NCBI GenBank assembly: GCA_044341795.1
Contig: JBIIRA010000001.1
Coordinates: 1 to 37,724, forward strand
DNA: 37,724 nt
Source of the DNA: Candidatus Limnocylindrus sp.
GTDB taxonomy: Bacteria > Chloroflexota > Limnocylindria > Limnocylindrales > Limnocylindraceae
Direction of reading: 5' to 3'
Below the pieces are notes generated by a model. The model worked only from the letters and a program-made list of their open reading frames with translations. It had not been told where the DNA came from and did not search any database. The translations under genes and the position numbers were made by a program. Of this stretch, positions 1-8,645 are shown piece by piece (position 1 is the first letter of the stretch; each line of letters starts with the position of its first letter).

Positions 1-167
1 TGTGGTGTGGCGTCAATCCCCCAACCACAACATATGGTGGTGTTACAGGCAAGTGTTACCGCACATGTTGTGGTTTGGCTGCATTTGGCCTTTGTTACAA
101 AATCTGCCGCACGGCTCACGCGTGACCCACGCTCAGGCGGGGCGATCCGGCGGGGGAGGGGGCTTTG

Positions 168-1085
168 TTACAGCCCCGAGTAGGTGTGGAGCCCGGTGAA
201 CCAGAGGTTCCCGGAGTAGGTCAGCAGCACGGCGATGAAGCCGATCACCAAGAGGAGGGCGGCGGGTCGACCCTGCCAGCCGCGCTGGCTGCGGGCGTGC
301 AGGTAGACGGCGTAGATCAGCCAGGTGGCGAGGGCCGAGGTCTCCTTTGGGTCCCAGCCCCAGAAGCGACTCCAGGCGATGGAGGCCCAGATCGACCCAA
401 GGATGAGCATTCCGGCAAAGAGCGGGAAGGCAACAGTGACGGCGCGGAAGGCAACCAGGTCGAGACGCTTTGCTGGCGGCAGCCAACTGTATCGATCGGT
501 GTCGCCTTGGAGCAAGTAGGCGACACCTGCCGCAAAGGCGAAGGCGAAGATGCCGTAGCTGAGCATTGCCATACCGACATGAATGGTGAGGAGAAACGGA
601 TGCTGGAGTGCTGGCACCAGATCAACCACTGCATTCGGCAGTGTTGCCGCATAGGCGAGTAGTGCAAGCGCGATGCCATAGGCGATGGTGCTGAGTGCGG
701 TGAATCGCTGCTTGCGATCAAAGACGATTGCTGCAGCGCAAATGCCGAAGGCGAACGAGATCGTGAACTCGTAGAGATTTCCCCACGGCCCGCGGCCTAC
801 AACGATGGCGCGTGTGATGAGCGCAACGCCAAGTGATCCAGTTGCAATAACGGCGAGTGCCGCTGCGATCGCACTGATCGGACTCGACGATTCGGCGGCG
901 GTCGGCACGCCACCATCAAGTTGCTCGGCGAGGTTGCCGCGCATCGATGCTGCGGCACTCGCGAGTCGCGGAGTAACGGCGCGGTCGCCTTGAGCTACGA
1001 GAACAAGATGTACGACATAGAGGGCGAAGGCACCGACGAGGGCAATGGATCCAACGACGACGAGATAGAAGGAGAGGGTCGCCAC
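168..1085 (-). CDS. ccsA: Cytochrome c biogenesis protein, CcsA/ResC (heme-handling) family
   Basis: The 305-aa polytopic membrane protein carries the tryptophan-rich WWD-type signature 'WSRFWGWDPKETSALATWLIYAVYLH', with the conserved downstream His. It starts at a GTG directly after the TAA of the upstream gene (TAAGTG). Confidence 0.8.
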   Translation of the reverse strand: MATLSFYLVVVGSIALVGAFALYVVHLVLVAQGDRAVTPRLASAAASMRGNLAEQLDGGVPTAAESSSPISAIAAALAVIATGSLGVALITRAIVVGRGPWGNLYEFTISFAFGICAAAIVFDRKQRFTALSTIAYGIALALLAYAATLPNAVVDLVPALQHPFLLTIHVGMAMLSYGIFAFAFAAGVAYLLQGDTDRYSWLPPAKRLDLVAFRAVTVAFPLFAGMLILGSIWASIAWSRFWGWDPKETSALATWLIYAVYLHARSQRGWQGRPAALLLVIGFIAVLLTYSGNLWFTGLHTYSGL

Positions 1086-1565
1086 TTAAGCGCGAGCCGC
1101 GCCGCCAGGAGGCGGTCCAGCGGGGCGCTCCAACGCGATCGGTGTTCGGGCGCGAAGCTCAAGGCCGCAGGCGTCACAGGTACTGCGCTCAGCGATACGA
1201 ACCGCGAGGCAGCTGGGGCAGGCAATCAGGAGCGGCTCGCCGCGGAGTGAACGGGTACTCCCATTCGGATAGATGGCTGCCTCACTGGTGGCGTACGGGC
1301 GCCCGGCGGGGAAGTGCGGTCGCCCATCGGCACCGAGTGGTGCGGGGGTGGGGAGAGGCGCGCCGATCTTCAGCTGTGCTCCGCGCTTGGTGATGCCGAC
1401 CAAGGTCCAGATGCCGCCCGTGGAGAGGAGCCAGAGCAGCACGAGAGGAGCGATAAAGAGCGGGAGGAGGCCGATCAGCGCCGCCCAGTCGGGGGTGACA
1501 AAGGCGGGGACGATCGTGCTGAGCCAGGCGAAGAACCCGGCGATTGCTGCGGCAATTTCACTCAT
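1086..1565 (-). CDS. Hypothetical membrane protein with C-terminal CxxC...CxxC zinc-ribbon
   Basis: The 159-aa protein has two N-terminal hydrophobic helices and a C-terminal 'CPSC...(10)...CDAC' motif. Third-codon positions are GC-rich. An AGGA Shine-Dalgarno sequence lies 8 nt upstream of the ATG. The stop abuts the ccsA-like start. Confidence 0.55.
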   Translation of the reverse strand: MSEIAAAIAGFFAWLSTIVPAFVTPDWAALIGLLPLFIAPLVLLWLLSTGGIWTLVGITKRGAQLKIGAPLPTPAPLGADGRPHFPAGRPYATSEAAIYPNGSTRSLRGEPLLIACPSCLAVRIAERSTCDACGLELRARTPIALERPAGPPPGGAARA

Positions 1566-1574
1566 GGTCAGATC

Positions 1575-2078
1575 CTAGCGGGGGCGCGGCGGACGCGTTG
1601 ACGGGCCGCGTTTCTGCGTCGCCCCACGACCCGGTCGCCAGCGTCGCTCGGGGTCACTCTCATCTTTGCTTGGAGCCGCGCGTCGTGGGCCAGAGCCGCC
1701 GATGCTCGGTGGGCGTCCGCCACTTCCGACCAGCGGCGTACGTGGTGGGCCGCCAATGGCGTCGCGGAAGTAGCGGGCGCTGACCACGGAGGTACCGAGC
1801 GCCGTGCACCGCGCGGCCAACCCACGGTCATCAGTAATGACAACGATGCGGTCCGCTGAGCCAGGGTCTGGGGCACCGATCGCCTCGACGATCTTGTCGT
1901 CGGCTGAGCGGGCACCCCCATCGCGAAAGACCTCGATCGCGACCCCTGGGGTAATCGTCCGGCGCAGCGTCGCCTCGAGGTTGTTGAGGCGCCCCTCATC
2001 CCGGCCGCCGACGAGATTGTTCCCGTCCACCAGCAGGCGCTTCGCGTTGCGAAGAGTGACGCGCTCCTGATCTACCAT
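1575..2078 (-). CDS. NYN/YacP-like PIN-fold domain protein (predicted RNase) with Arg/Gly/Pro-rich tail
   Basis: The N-terminus 'RLLVDGNNLVG' and the later 'IVVITDDRGLAARCTALG..VVSARYF' match the YacP/NYN pattern (LLVDGYN ... T.D..L). The C-terminal ~60 aa are low complexity. An AAGGAG sequence lies 9 nt upstream of the ATG. Confidence 0.6.
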   Translation of the reverse strand: MVDQERVTLRNAKRLLVDGNNLVGGRDEGRLNNLEATLRRTITPGVAIEVFRDGGARSADDKIVEAIGAPDPGSADRIVVITDDRGLAARCTALGTSVVSARYFRDAIGGPPRTPLVGSGGRPPSIGGSGPRRAAPSKDESDPERRWRPGRGATQKRGPSTRPPRPR

Positions 2079-2084
2079 CGCCGC

Positions 2085-2924
2085 ATGCTCCTTTGTGTTG
2101 ACCTTGACGGGGTTGTCTATCGCGGTAGTGAGCCGGTCCCTGGTGTCGGCCCGCTCCTTACTGAACGCGTTGCCGGTGGCGATCGCGTGATCTACGTCAC
2201 CAACAACAGCTTTCTGCGCCGCGTTGAGTATCGCTCACGCATCGAGGCGTGTGGTGCCCCCCTCTCAACGCATGGCATCATCACCGCCGCCTCAGCTGTG
2301 GCACAGCACTTTGTTGAGAAGGGGTATCGCCACATCTTGGTCTACGGAGCAGAGGGTCTCGCCGCCGAGCTGCGCGACGCTGGGCTCGACGCCTGCCGCA
2401 CCGCGGAGTTCGACGGGCCTGAGTCGCTCGCGGTGTGGGGGGTTGATGCGGTGACGGTCGGGCTCGATCGCGAGTCTGACTGGCACGACCTTGCCGTTGC
2501 TACGGACGCCGTGCGCGCTGGTGCCCCACTGATCGTGCCGAACCGCGACGCCAACTACCCCGATCCTGGCCGCCTTGTGCCGGGCACAGGTGCAGCGGTG
2601 GCGGCGCTTGAAGCGGCAACTGGTGTGCGCGCGATGGCAATTGGCAAGCCCGCCCCCGACCTACTGTTGCAAGCGGCGGCGCTCGACGGGAGCGACATTC
2701 GCGACGCGATCATGATTGGCGACTCTCCTGCAACCGATATCGCTGCGGCGAATGCGGCGGGGTGCCGCTCGATTCTGCTGATGACAGGCGTTGGCGCAGG
2801 TGTTGGTGCGGTGCAGATCGGCGACCTGCCCGAGGCGCAACGGCCAACCTGGGTGGCGCGCGACGCAGCGGAGTTGGCGGGGATCCTCGCTACCGCGCCA
2901 GCGAGCGGTGCCGCACGTGGCTAA
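2085..2924 (+). CDS. HAD-superfamily hydrolase, subfamily IIA (NagD-like phosphatase)
   Basis: HAD motif I is 'CVDLDGVVYRG' at residues 4-14, followed by 'IYVTNNS' (motif II). The motif III/IV region is 'GKP...IMIGDSPATDIAAANAAG'. Confidence 0.8.
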   Translation: MLLCVDLDGVVYRGSEPVPGVGPLLTERVAGGDRVIYVTNNSFLRRVEYRSRIEACGAPLSTHGIITAASAVAQHFVEKGYRHILVYGAEGLAAELRDAGLDACRTAEFDGPESLAVWGVDAVTVGLDRESDWHDLAVATDAVRAGAPLIVPNRDANYPDPGRLVPGTGAAVAALEAATGVRAMAIGKPAPDLLLQAAALDGSDIRDAIMIGDSPATDIAAANAAGCRSILLMTGVGAGVGAVQIGDLPEAQRPTWVARDAAELAGILATAPASGAARG

Positions 2925-3918
2925 CAGCTTCCTCGACCTCTGGCGCGCGGCGGGCCGTGAGCGCCACGCAGGGAAGACGGGGTCACTCCCCGCCCCACTC
3001 GATCGCCTGAACGGCGAGATGCTGGCGGCACGTGACGGCGCACACCCTCTCGCATTCCTTACTGGTGCGGAACTCCTCACCTCGTGCACCGATGCCCTCT
3101 CAGGTTCCATCGAGGTCACACCGGGAAGTCTCGTTGGCGGCGAGATTCATGCCCGTCTCCGCGTTCGCGCGACCAAAGAGATCAAGGCGCGCGGGACGCG
3201 CGTTGCGGTAAAGGGATACCTCGTGCGTGAGGTCACGCAATCGCTAACGGAGAAGGACGGCGATCAGGAGCACACCACGACCTGGATCGAGGTGCTCGCC
3301 ACCGAGATCGCGAACGTGCCGCTGATGGAGATTGCCGTGCCCGCAACACTCGCCCCCAATGACGAGATCGACCTCAAGATTCTTGCACCCGCGCCAAAAC
3401 TCGGACCACCCTCCCTTCATCTCGGTGTCTACATGGTGGTGTGGACGCTCCAGGTGGAGTGGGATATCGCCGCAGGAGCAGATGAGCGCGTGGCCGCTGT
3501 GATTGATGTTGCACAGAACCCAGACCTGTTGCGCTCCGGCGTGATGTCGCTCGGGCCGTCGGCAATGATGGCCGCCTGGTCTGAGGGCGAGGTCTCTATG
3601 GATGTGGACCCAGCACCACCGATCGCTCCAGGTGGATCATTGCGCGTCAACGTTCGTTGGCCGAGTGCCTCTGGCGGACGTGGCGCGCGCGTTGAACTCT
3701 ACGCCGAAGTGAGTAAGTCGATACCAGTCAGGATTGCCGCAGCAGAGTTGGCAACAATCGACCTCGCAAAGGGGAGCATCATCACGTTTGAGATTCCGAG
3801 CGATGCACCACCCGTGTTTGACAGCACACAGCTTTCGCTCCGCTATCGCATCCGCGTGTTGATTGATCGTCCGCTGCGCAGCGACCTTGCTGCGGAGCGC
3901 AACGTGGTGATCGGCTAA
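2917..3918 (+). CDS. SpoOM/arrestin-like two-lobed beta-sandwich protein (function unknown)
   Basis: The protein is beta-rich with two repeats of the arrestin-N/SpoOM-like pattern: 'PGSLVGGEIHARLRVRATKEIKARGTRVAVKGY' and 'PGGSLRVNVRWPSASGGRGARVELYAEV'. The start is uncertain. An in-frame GTG at 2917 overlaps the HAD stop, and the ATG at 3019 is the alternative. The track start at 2791 would overlap the HAD gene by 134 nt. Confidence 0.55.
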   Translation: MANSFLDLWRAAGRERHAGKTGSLPAPLDRLNGEMLAARDGAHPLAFLTGAELLTSCTDALSGSIEVTPGSLVGGEIHARLRVRATKEIKARGTRVAVKGYLVREVTQSLTEKDGDQEHTTTWIEVLATEIANVPLMEIAVPATLAPNDEIDLKILAPAPKLGPPSLHLGVYMVVWTLQVEWDIAAGADERVAAVIDVAQNPDLLRSGVMSLGPSAMMAAWSEGEVSMDVDPAPPIAPGGSLRVNVRWPSASGGRGARVELYAEVSKSIPVRIAAAELATIDLAKGSIITFEIPSDAPPVFDSTQLSLRYRIRVLIDRPLRSDLAAERNVVIG

Positions 3919-4550
3919 GCGACGCTGCGCAACGCCGTGACGGCGATGCTCGTACCGAAACCAATAATGAGCATCTGACCAACGATGCGCGTCGCGGTGA
4001 CCGCGCGCTCTGGAAGGATGCGACCCGCAGCCGCACCAATCCCTCCCAACAAGAGTTGCCACGAGAGGCTTGCCCCCGCGGCGCCGAGGGTGAAGGCGAC
4101 GGCGTTGACCGGGTCACTCCCGAGGCCCGGGAGTCCGATGGCGAGCGCCAAGAAGTAGAGGATCGTTGCGGGATTGATGGCGGTGAGAGCGATAAAGCGC
4201 AGGTAGAGCTCGCGCGCACTTCCGCGCACCCGCGGATCGGTGGCGGCATCCGCCCTGGTGCTAGAAGCGCGGAGCGAGAGGAGCCCGCGCACCCCGATCG
4301 AGATCAGAATCCCGCCAGAGAGGACCTGGAGCGGCACGAGGGCGACGGCGAGGAGCTGGTTCAGGAGACCGCCAACCACGAGCGCTAGCGAGCAGAAGAG
4401 GAGGTCAACCGTCGCCGCACCTGCACCAGCGGCAAAACCGCGGCGGAGGCCACCCGTCATCCCCGTCTCAATGATGAGCACGGCGATCACGCCAACAGGG
4501 ACAGCGATTGCGTAGCCTGCGAATACACCCGCGAGCAGTGCGTCAAACAT
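3915..4550 (-). CDS. LysE/RhtB family amino-acid exporter
   Basis: The protein is ~211 aa counted from the internal ATG at 4550 ('MFDALLAGVFAGYAIAVPVGVIAVL...'). This is the typical LysE topology and N-terminus. The upstream 76 codons of the track ORF are Arg/Ser/Pro-rich and run into the divergent gene. Confidence 0.8.
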   Translation of the reverse strand: MFDALLAGVFAGYAIAVPVGVIAVLIIETGMTGGLRRGFAAGAGAATVDLLFCSLALVVGGLLNQLLAVALVPLQVLSGGILISIGVRGLLSLRASSTRADAATDPRVRGSARELYLRFIALTAINPATILYFLALAIGLPGLGSDPVNAVAFTLGAAGASLSWQLLLGGIGAAAGRILPERAVTATRIVGQMLIIGFGTSIAVTALRSVA

Positions 4551-4611
4551 CGGCGCATCATAGAGTAGAGCGGTGACCCGAAGGGGTCCCTGAAGGGAAA
4601 AGGGAGGTTGT

Positions 4612-5544
4612 ATGGCGCGAGTCTTTCTCACCGGCGCAACGGGATTCGTTGGGAGCCACGTGCTGCCAGCACTGCTCAGCGCAGGACACTCTGTTACGGC
4701 ACTCGTCCGCAGCGATGCACGAGCGACAACCCTACTAGCGCGCGTAGCCGCCTCCCCAGGAAAACTAGAAACGCGCATCGGTCACGTCAACGATCGCGCG
4801 TCGCTCGACGCGGCGATGGTCGGCTGCGATGCGGTCGTGCATCTTGTTGCTCTGCCACGCGACTGGAACGACGGCGCCGACCTTGAGCGCGTCAATGCGG
4901 TGGGCACCGCCACCGTCGTCGCGGCTGCGGAAGCGGCCGGCATCAAGCGCTTCATTCATCTCGGTGCACTCGGCGTCCAGGAGCGACCGGAGTTGCACTA
5001 CGCCAGCTCCAAGGCGCGCGGTGAGAGCTTCGTTCGCGCCTCGTCACTCGACTGGACGATCCTCAAGCCGAGCCTGATCTGGGGTGAGCGCGACGGCTTC
5101 TTTAACATCGTCGCGGCACTTGTCAAAATTCCCGCACCCGCTGTGCCAGTTCCTGGCAACGGGAAGAGTCGCTTCCAGCCAGTCTGGGTTGGCGACGTCG
5201 CACGGGCCATCGTGCAGGTGCTCAACACACCGAAGGGGAGCATCATGGCCTCCTTTGAACTGGGTGGTCCGCGCTATTGGACGTATGCCGAGATCACCCG
5301 GGAGGTAGCGCGTGCCCTTGGGAAGCGCCGCATCATCATCCCGATGCCAGTGCCGCTGATCACGCTGGTGGCGCGTATCTCTGAGGCGATTAGACTTCCG
5401 TTCCCCGTTGCAACAGACCAGTTGCGCCAGTTGGCACTAGATAACATCGGCGCGACGGATGCGGTCGAGCGCGAGCTCAGCTTTACCCCAGTCGACATGG
5501 GTGGCCGACTCGGCTACCTGAGGCGCAAGATCAGCAAGCAGTAG
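4612..5544 (+). CDS. NAD(P)-binding atypical SDR (NDUFA9/NmrA-like epimerase-dehydratase fold)
   Basis: The N-terminal Rossmann motif is 'VFLTGATGFVGSHV'. The protein is 310 aa. A GGGAGG Shine-Dalgarno sequence lies upstream of the ATG. Confidence 0.8.
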   Translation: MARVFLTGATGFVGSHVLPALLSAGHSVTALVRSDARATTLLARVAASPGKLETRIGHVNDRASLDAAMVGCDAVVHLVALPRDWNDGADLERVNAVGTATVVAAAEAAGIKRFIHLGALGVQERPELHYASSKARGESFVRASSLDWTILKPSLIWGERDGFFNIVAALVKIPAPAVPVPGNGKSRFQPVWVGDVARAIVQVLNTPKGSIMASFELGGPRYWTYAEITREVARALGKRRIIIPMPVPLITLVARISEAIRLPFPVATDQLRQLALDNIGATDAVERELSFTPVDMGGRLGYLRRKISKQ

Positions 5545-5569
5545 GCGTCAGAGGCGCGAGGAGGATCAG

Positions 5570-7162
5570 ATGAAGATCATCATCACAGCCAAGAGCGCTG
5601 CGGCTAAGGCGGGCGTCCTAGTTACCCCAGTGTTTAGTGATCAGCTTGACGCACCATATCTTCGTGAAGCTGACAGCAAGAGCGGCGGACGCATCGCTGC
5701 ACTTCGTGCCATCGGCGAGGGGACTGGGAGCCGCTATAGCTGCACCCTCACCAGCGCTGGCCGACTCCCTGCCGAGCACCTCCTCTTGGTTGGCGCCGGC
5801 ACCCGCGCCGACTTCGGACGACAGGAGCTGCAGCGCTGGGCCTCGGCGGCAACACGTCGCCTCGCCGGGCGCAAGGTTACGCGACTCGCCATCGATGCCA
5901 CCGGCATCATCGCCGCTTTGACCAGCAACGCACCAGCGCTTCGCGCCGAGGGTGGTGCATCGTTCGGCGCAGGGCTCTCCGCGAGCGCCACAAAGCAGAG
6001 TGATGCTGCAGTGATCGCCGTCGACTTCATTGTGCGCGGCGTGATTGATGGCTCCTTCCATGAAGGTGTCGGCGGAAAGAGCGTCATTGATGCGCAGCCA
6101 GCGGCACTCACCGTGCTCGAGATCATTGTGCCAAGTGGCACGGATCCCGCCACTGCACACGAAGGCGCACGTCGCGCCGAAATCATTGCGAGTGGTGTCG
6201 TGCGTACGCGACGCTGGTCCAACTATCCGGCGAACGAGATGCCACCACTCGGCATTGCGGAGGAGGCGCGTGATCGCGCACGTGCCGTTGGCCTGCGAGC
6301 CACCATCATTACCGCCGCACAGTTGCAGCGCATGGGCGCGGGCATGCTGCTCGCCGTCGGCAAGGGGTCGAAGAATCCGCCGTGCCTTGTGGTGCTCTCC
6401 GGCGGCAAGCCCGGCGCAAAAGACCCGCTCGGCCGACGCCTCGCGATGGTTGGCAAGGGCGTCTGCTTCGATACCGGTGGCATTTCACTGAAGCCACCGG
6501 CCGAGATGGAAGAGATGAAGCACGACAAGAACGGTGCGATCGCCGTGCTTGAAGCCGCAGCAACGATTGCGCAGCTTGACCCGGGTCGCCCGATTCATGC
6601 CGTTGCGGCATGCGTGGAGAACATGCCGGGTGGAAACGCTACGCGGCCAGGAGACGTGGTGACCGCCCTCAACGGGAAGCGTGTTGAGATCACCAACACC
6701 GACGCCGAGGGGCGCCTCATCCTTGGCGACGCGTTGCACTATGCGGAGCGTGAGCTCGGCGCGACGCATCTTGTCGACGTGGCAACGCTGACCGGCATCG
6801 CCTATGCCGCATACGGCGGCGAGATCGCTGCCACCTGCGGCACCGATGCAGGGTTCCTTGACGAGTTCCACCTCGCCGCACGTCGCGCGGGCGAGGTCTA
6901 CTGGCCATATCCGCTGGCAGAGGCCTACGTGAAGAACATGTCGACCTGGTCGGCCGACTTCCAGAATTCGGGCTCACGTGAGGCATCACTGGTTCGTAGC
7001 GGCCTCTTCCTTCGTGAGTTCGTGACGGTGCCATGGGTGCATCTCGACATTGCCGGGACCGCATACCGTCGCAGCGTTGCCCCATTCGCCGGTCGCGGCT
7101 CCACGGGGGCAGCCCACACCTCACTCGTTGAGCTGGCCATGGGGGGTGGCGTCCGTCGCTGA
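5570..7162 (+). CDS. pepA: Leucyl aminopeptidase, M17 family
   Basis: The M17 signature 'NTDAEGRLILGDAL' is present, together with 'VGKGVCFDTGGISLKP' (metal and active-site region). A GAGGAGGA Shine-Dalgarno sequence lies 4 nt upstream of the ATG. Confidence 0.9.
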   Translation: MKIIITAKSAAAKAGVLVTPVFSDQLDAPYLREADSKSGGRIAALRAIGEGTGSRYSCTLTSAGRLPAEHLLLVGAGTRADFGRQELQRWASAATRRLAGRKVTRLAIDATGIIAALTSNAPALRAEGGASFGAGLSASATKQSDAAVIAVDFIVRGVIDGSFHEGVGGKSVIDAQPAALTVLEIIVPSGTDPATAHEGARRAEIIASGVVRTRRWSNYPANEMPPLGIAEEARDRARAVGLRATIITAAQLQRMGAGMLLAVGKGSKNPPCLVVLSGGKPGAKDPLGRRLAMVGKGVCFDTGGISLKPPAEMEEMKHDKNGAIAVLEAAATIAQLDPGRPIHAVAACVENMPGGNATRPGDVVTALNGKRVEITNTDAEGRLILGDALHYAERELGATHLVDVATLTGIAYAAYGGEIAATCGTDAGFLDEFHLAARRAGEVYWPYPLAEAYVKNMSTWSADFQNSGSREASLVRSGLFLREFVTVPWVHLDIAGTAYRRSVAPFAGRGSTGAAHTSLVELAMGGGVRR

Positions 7163-7202
7163 GGCTGATACTCTGCTCCTAGCGGAGGGGAGGAGGTCAC
7201 AG

Positions 7203-8645
7203 ATGGAGCACCCGCCTGCGCAGAAACAACGCACCTGGCACGCCCGACTCGGCGTCTTGCTGACCATCCCACTCCTGATTGTTGGCCTCGGCTTGGCGCA
7301 GGCTGGACCGGTTCGCGGCGACCCTCTGGATGACGCCCTGGCGCAACAGAAGGCGCTCGCCGCGCAACTCGCCGCCCAACAGAAGGCCCTCGACGCACTG
7401 ATCGCCCAACAGGGCGCCCTCACCGCGCAGCTCGCTTCAACAAGTGCCGCCCTCGCAAAGAACACCGCAACGCTGACCAGCATCACAACCCAAGTGGCCC
7501 AGCTCTCAACCGCTGTGGCGCAGGCACAAGTTGGCCTGAACAAACTTAATGCTGCGGTGAATGCACTCGACGCGGAGATCAGTCGGCTGGTGAAGGCACA
7601 ACAGGCGAAAGCCCGTGACCTTGCAGCGCGGCAGGCAATTTTGGCCTCGCGCATTCGCGAGGCGTACATCGTTGACCAGACACCGCCCCTATGGATTTTG
7701 CTCTCTGGACAGAGCTTTACCGACATCCTGCTCGACATCGCCGGGTTCAATGCGCTTGGCGCAGAAGATGTGAAGCTCGCCGACGGCATTAGCCGTGATG
7801 CGGCGCGCCTTGCCGAGATCGAAGACCAGGTACGTGTGAACCGCGCCGAAACGGAGAAGCTGCGCGTTGCTGCTGCAAAGCAGAAGGCGGCGCTCGACAA
7901 GCAGGTATCGCTCCTGAATGCTGCCAAGGCGCGACTCGCCGCTGCGATCGCAGCCCAGACGAAGGCGATTGCCGCACAGAAGGCGGCAATGGACAAGATG
8001 ATTGCTGACAAGAAGAGGCTCGCCACTGCCGTCGCCGCACTCAAAGCGGAAGAGGCGCGCGTCACCGCAACGGTGAATGCGCTCCTCAAGGGCCAGTTCG
8101 GCTCCGGCCTCCCGACCGTCTACAAGGGTGGCTGGACATGGCCGGTCCTGCACAACGGCTCCGGCTTCGTGAAGCCGGTCGGCGGCTCTCGACCATACAT
8201 CTCACAAAAGTTCGGCTGCGTGAGCTGGAAGATTTACCCGAAGAGCTCTACGTGCCCTAAGGCGTATCCGTACCTGCACAATGGTGTGGATATCGCAGCT
8301 GCACCTGGTACGCCACTCTATGCGGCCGCGAGTGGGAAGGTGATGATCGCCGGCATCTGTAGTTACTGCGTCGTGTGGAAGGGGATGCGCCCACTCGCCT
8401 GGATCTGGATCGCTCATACCAAGAGCATGGTTTCGATTTACGGTCACATCGGAGACGGGAAGGTTTCGAGTCAGCCGAAGTGGCGCGTGAAGGCGGGTGA
8501 GTATGTGGCGGCTGGCCAGTTGATTGGCTTTGTTGGCTCAACGGGAAACGTCACCGGACCGCACCTTCATCTCTCGCTCCTACAAAACGGTAAATACGTC
8601 TGTATTCAGAAGTACCTGCCTGGAGGAGCCTGCCCTGCGTACTGA
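7203..8645 (+). CDS. Secreted/membrane-anchored coiled-coil M23 metallopeptidase (EnvC/PcsB-like architecture)
   Basis: The internal ATG at 7203 is preceded by GGAGGAGG. The N-terminal TM/signal segment is '[19 protein letters not shown]'. About 270 aa of Ala/Gln/Lys coiled coil follow. The C-terminal M23 motifs are 'HNGVDIAA' and '[15 protein letters not shown]'. Confidence 0.85.
   Translation: MEHPPAQKQRTWHARLGVLLTIPLLIVGLGLAQAGPVRGDPLDDALAQQKALAAQLAAQQKALDALIAQQGALTAQLASTSAALAKNTATLTSITTQVAQLSTAVAQAQVGLNKLNAAVNALDAEISRLVKAQQAKARDLAARQAILASRIREAYIVDQTPPLWILLSGQSFTDILLDIAGFNALGAEDVKLADGISRDAARLAEIEDQVRVNRAETEKLRVAAAKQKAALDKQVSLLNAAKARLAAAIAAQTKAIAAQKAAMDKMIADKKRLATAVAALKAEEARVTATVNALLKGQFGSGLPTVYKGGWTWPVLHNGSGFVKPVGGSRPYISQKFGCVSWKIYPKSSTCPKAYPYLHNGVDIAAAPGTPLYAAASGKVMIAGICSYCVVWKGMRPLAWIWIAHTKSMVSIYGHIGDGKVSSQPKWRVKAGEYVAAGQLIGFVGSTGNVTGPHLHLSLLQNGKYVCIQKYLPGGACPAY

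Noticed and set aside
2-199. 65-aa plus-strand ORF at the window start
   Set aside because: The translation is Trp/Cys/His-rich. The ORF lies in a lower-GC repeat-bearing spacer and runs into the ccsA-like 3' end. There is no coding signal.
2791-2916. Long 5' extension of the arrestin-like ORF
   Set aside because: It would overlap the HAD-IIA gene by 134 nt in another frame, and it encodes an Arg/Cys/Trp-rich segment. In-frame starts at 2917 and 3019 avoid this overlap.
7121-8089. 322-aa ORF on the minus strand
   Set aside because: It is antisense to the Ala/Gln/Lys coiled-coil region of the M23 peptidase. The Ala/Ser/Cys/Arg-rich translation mirrors GC-rich repetitive codons and is not a real gene.
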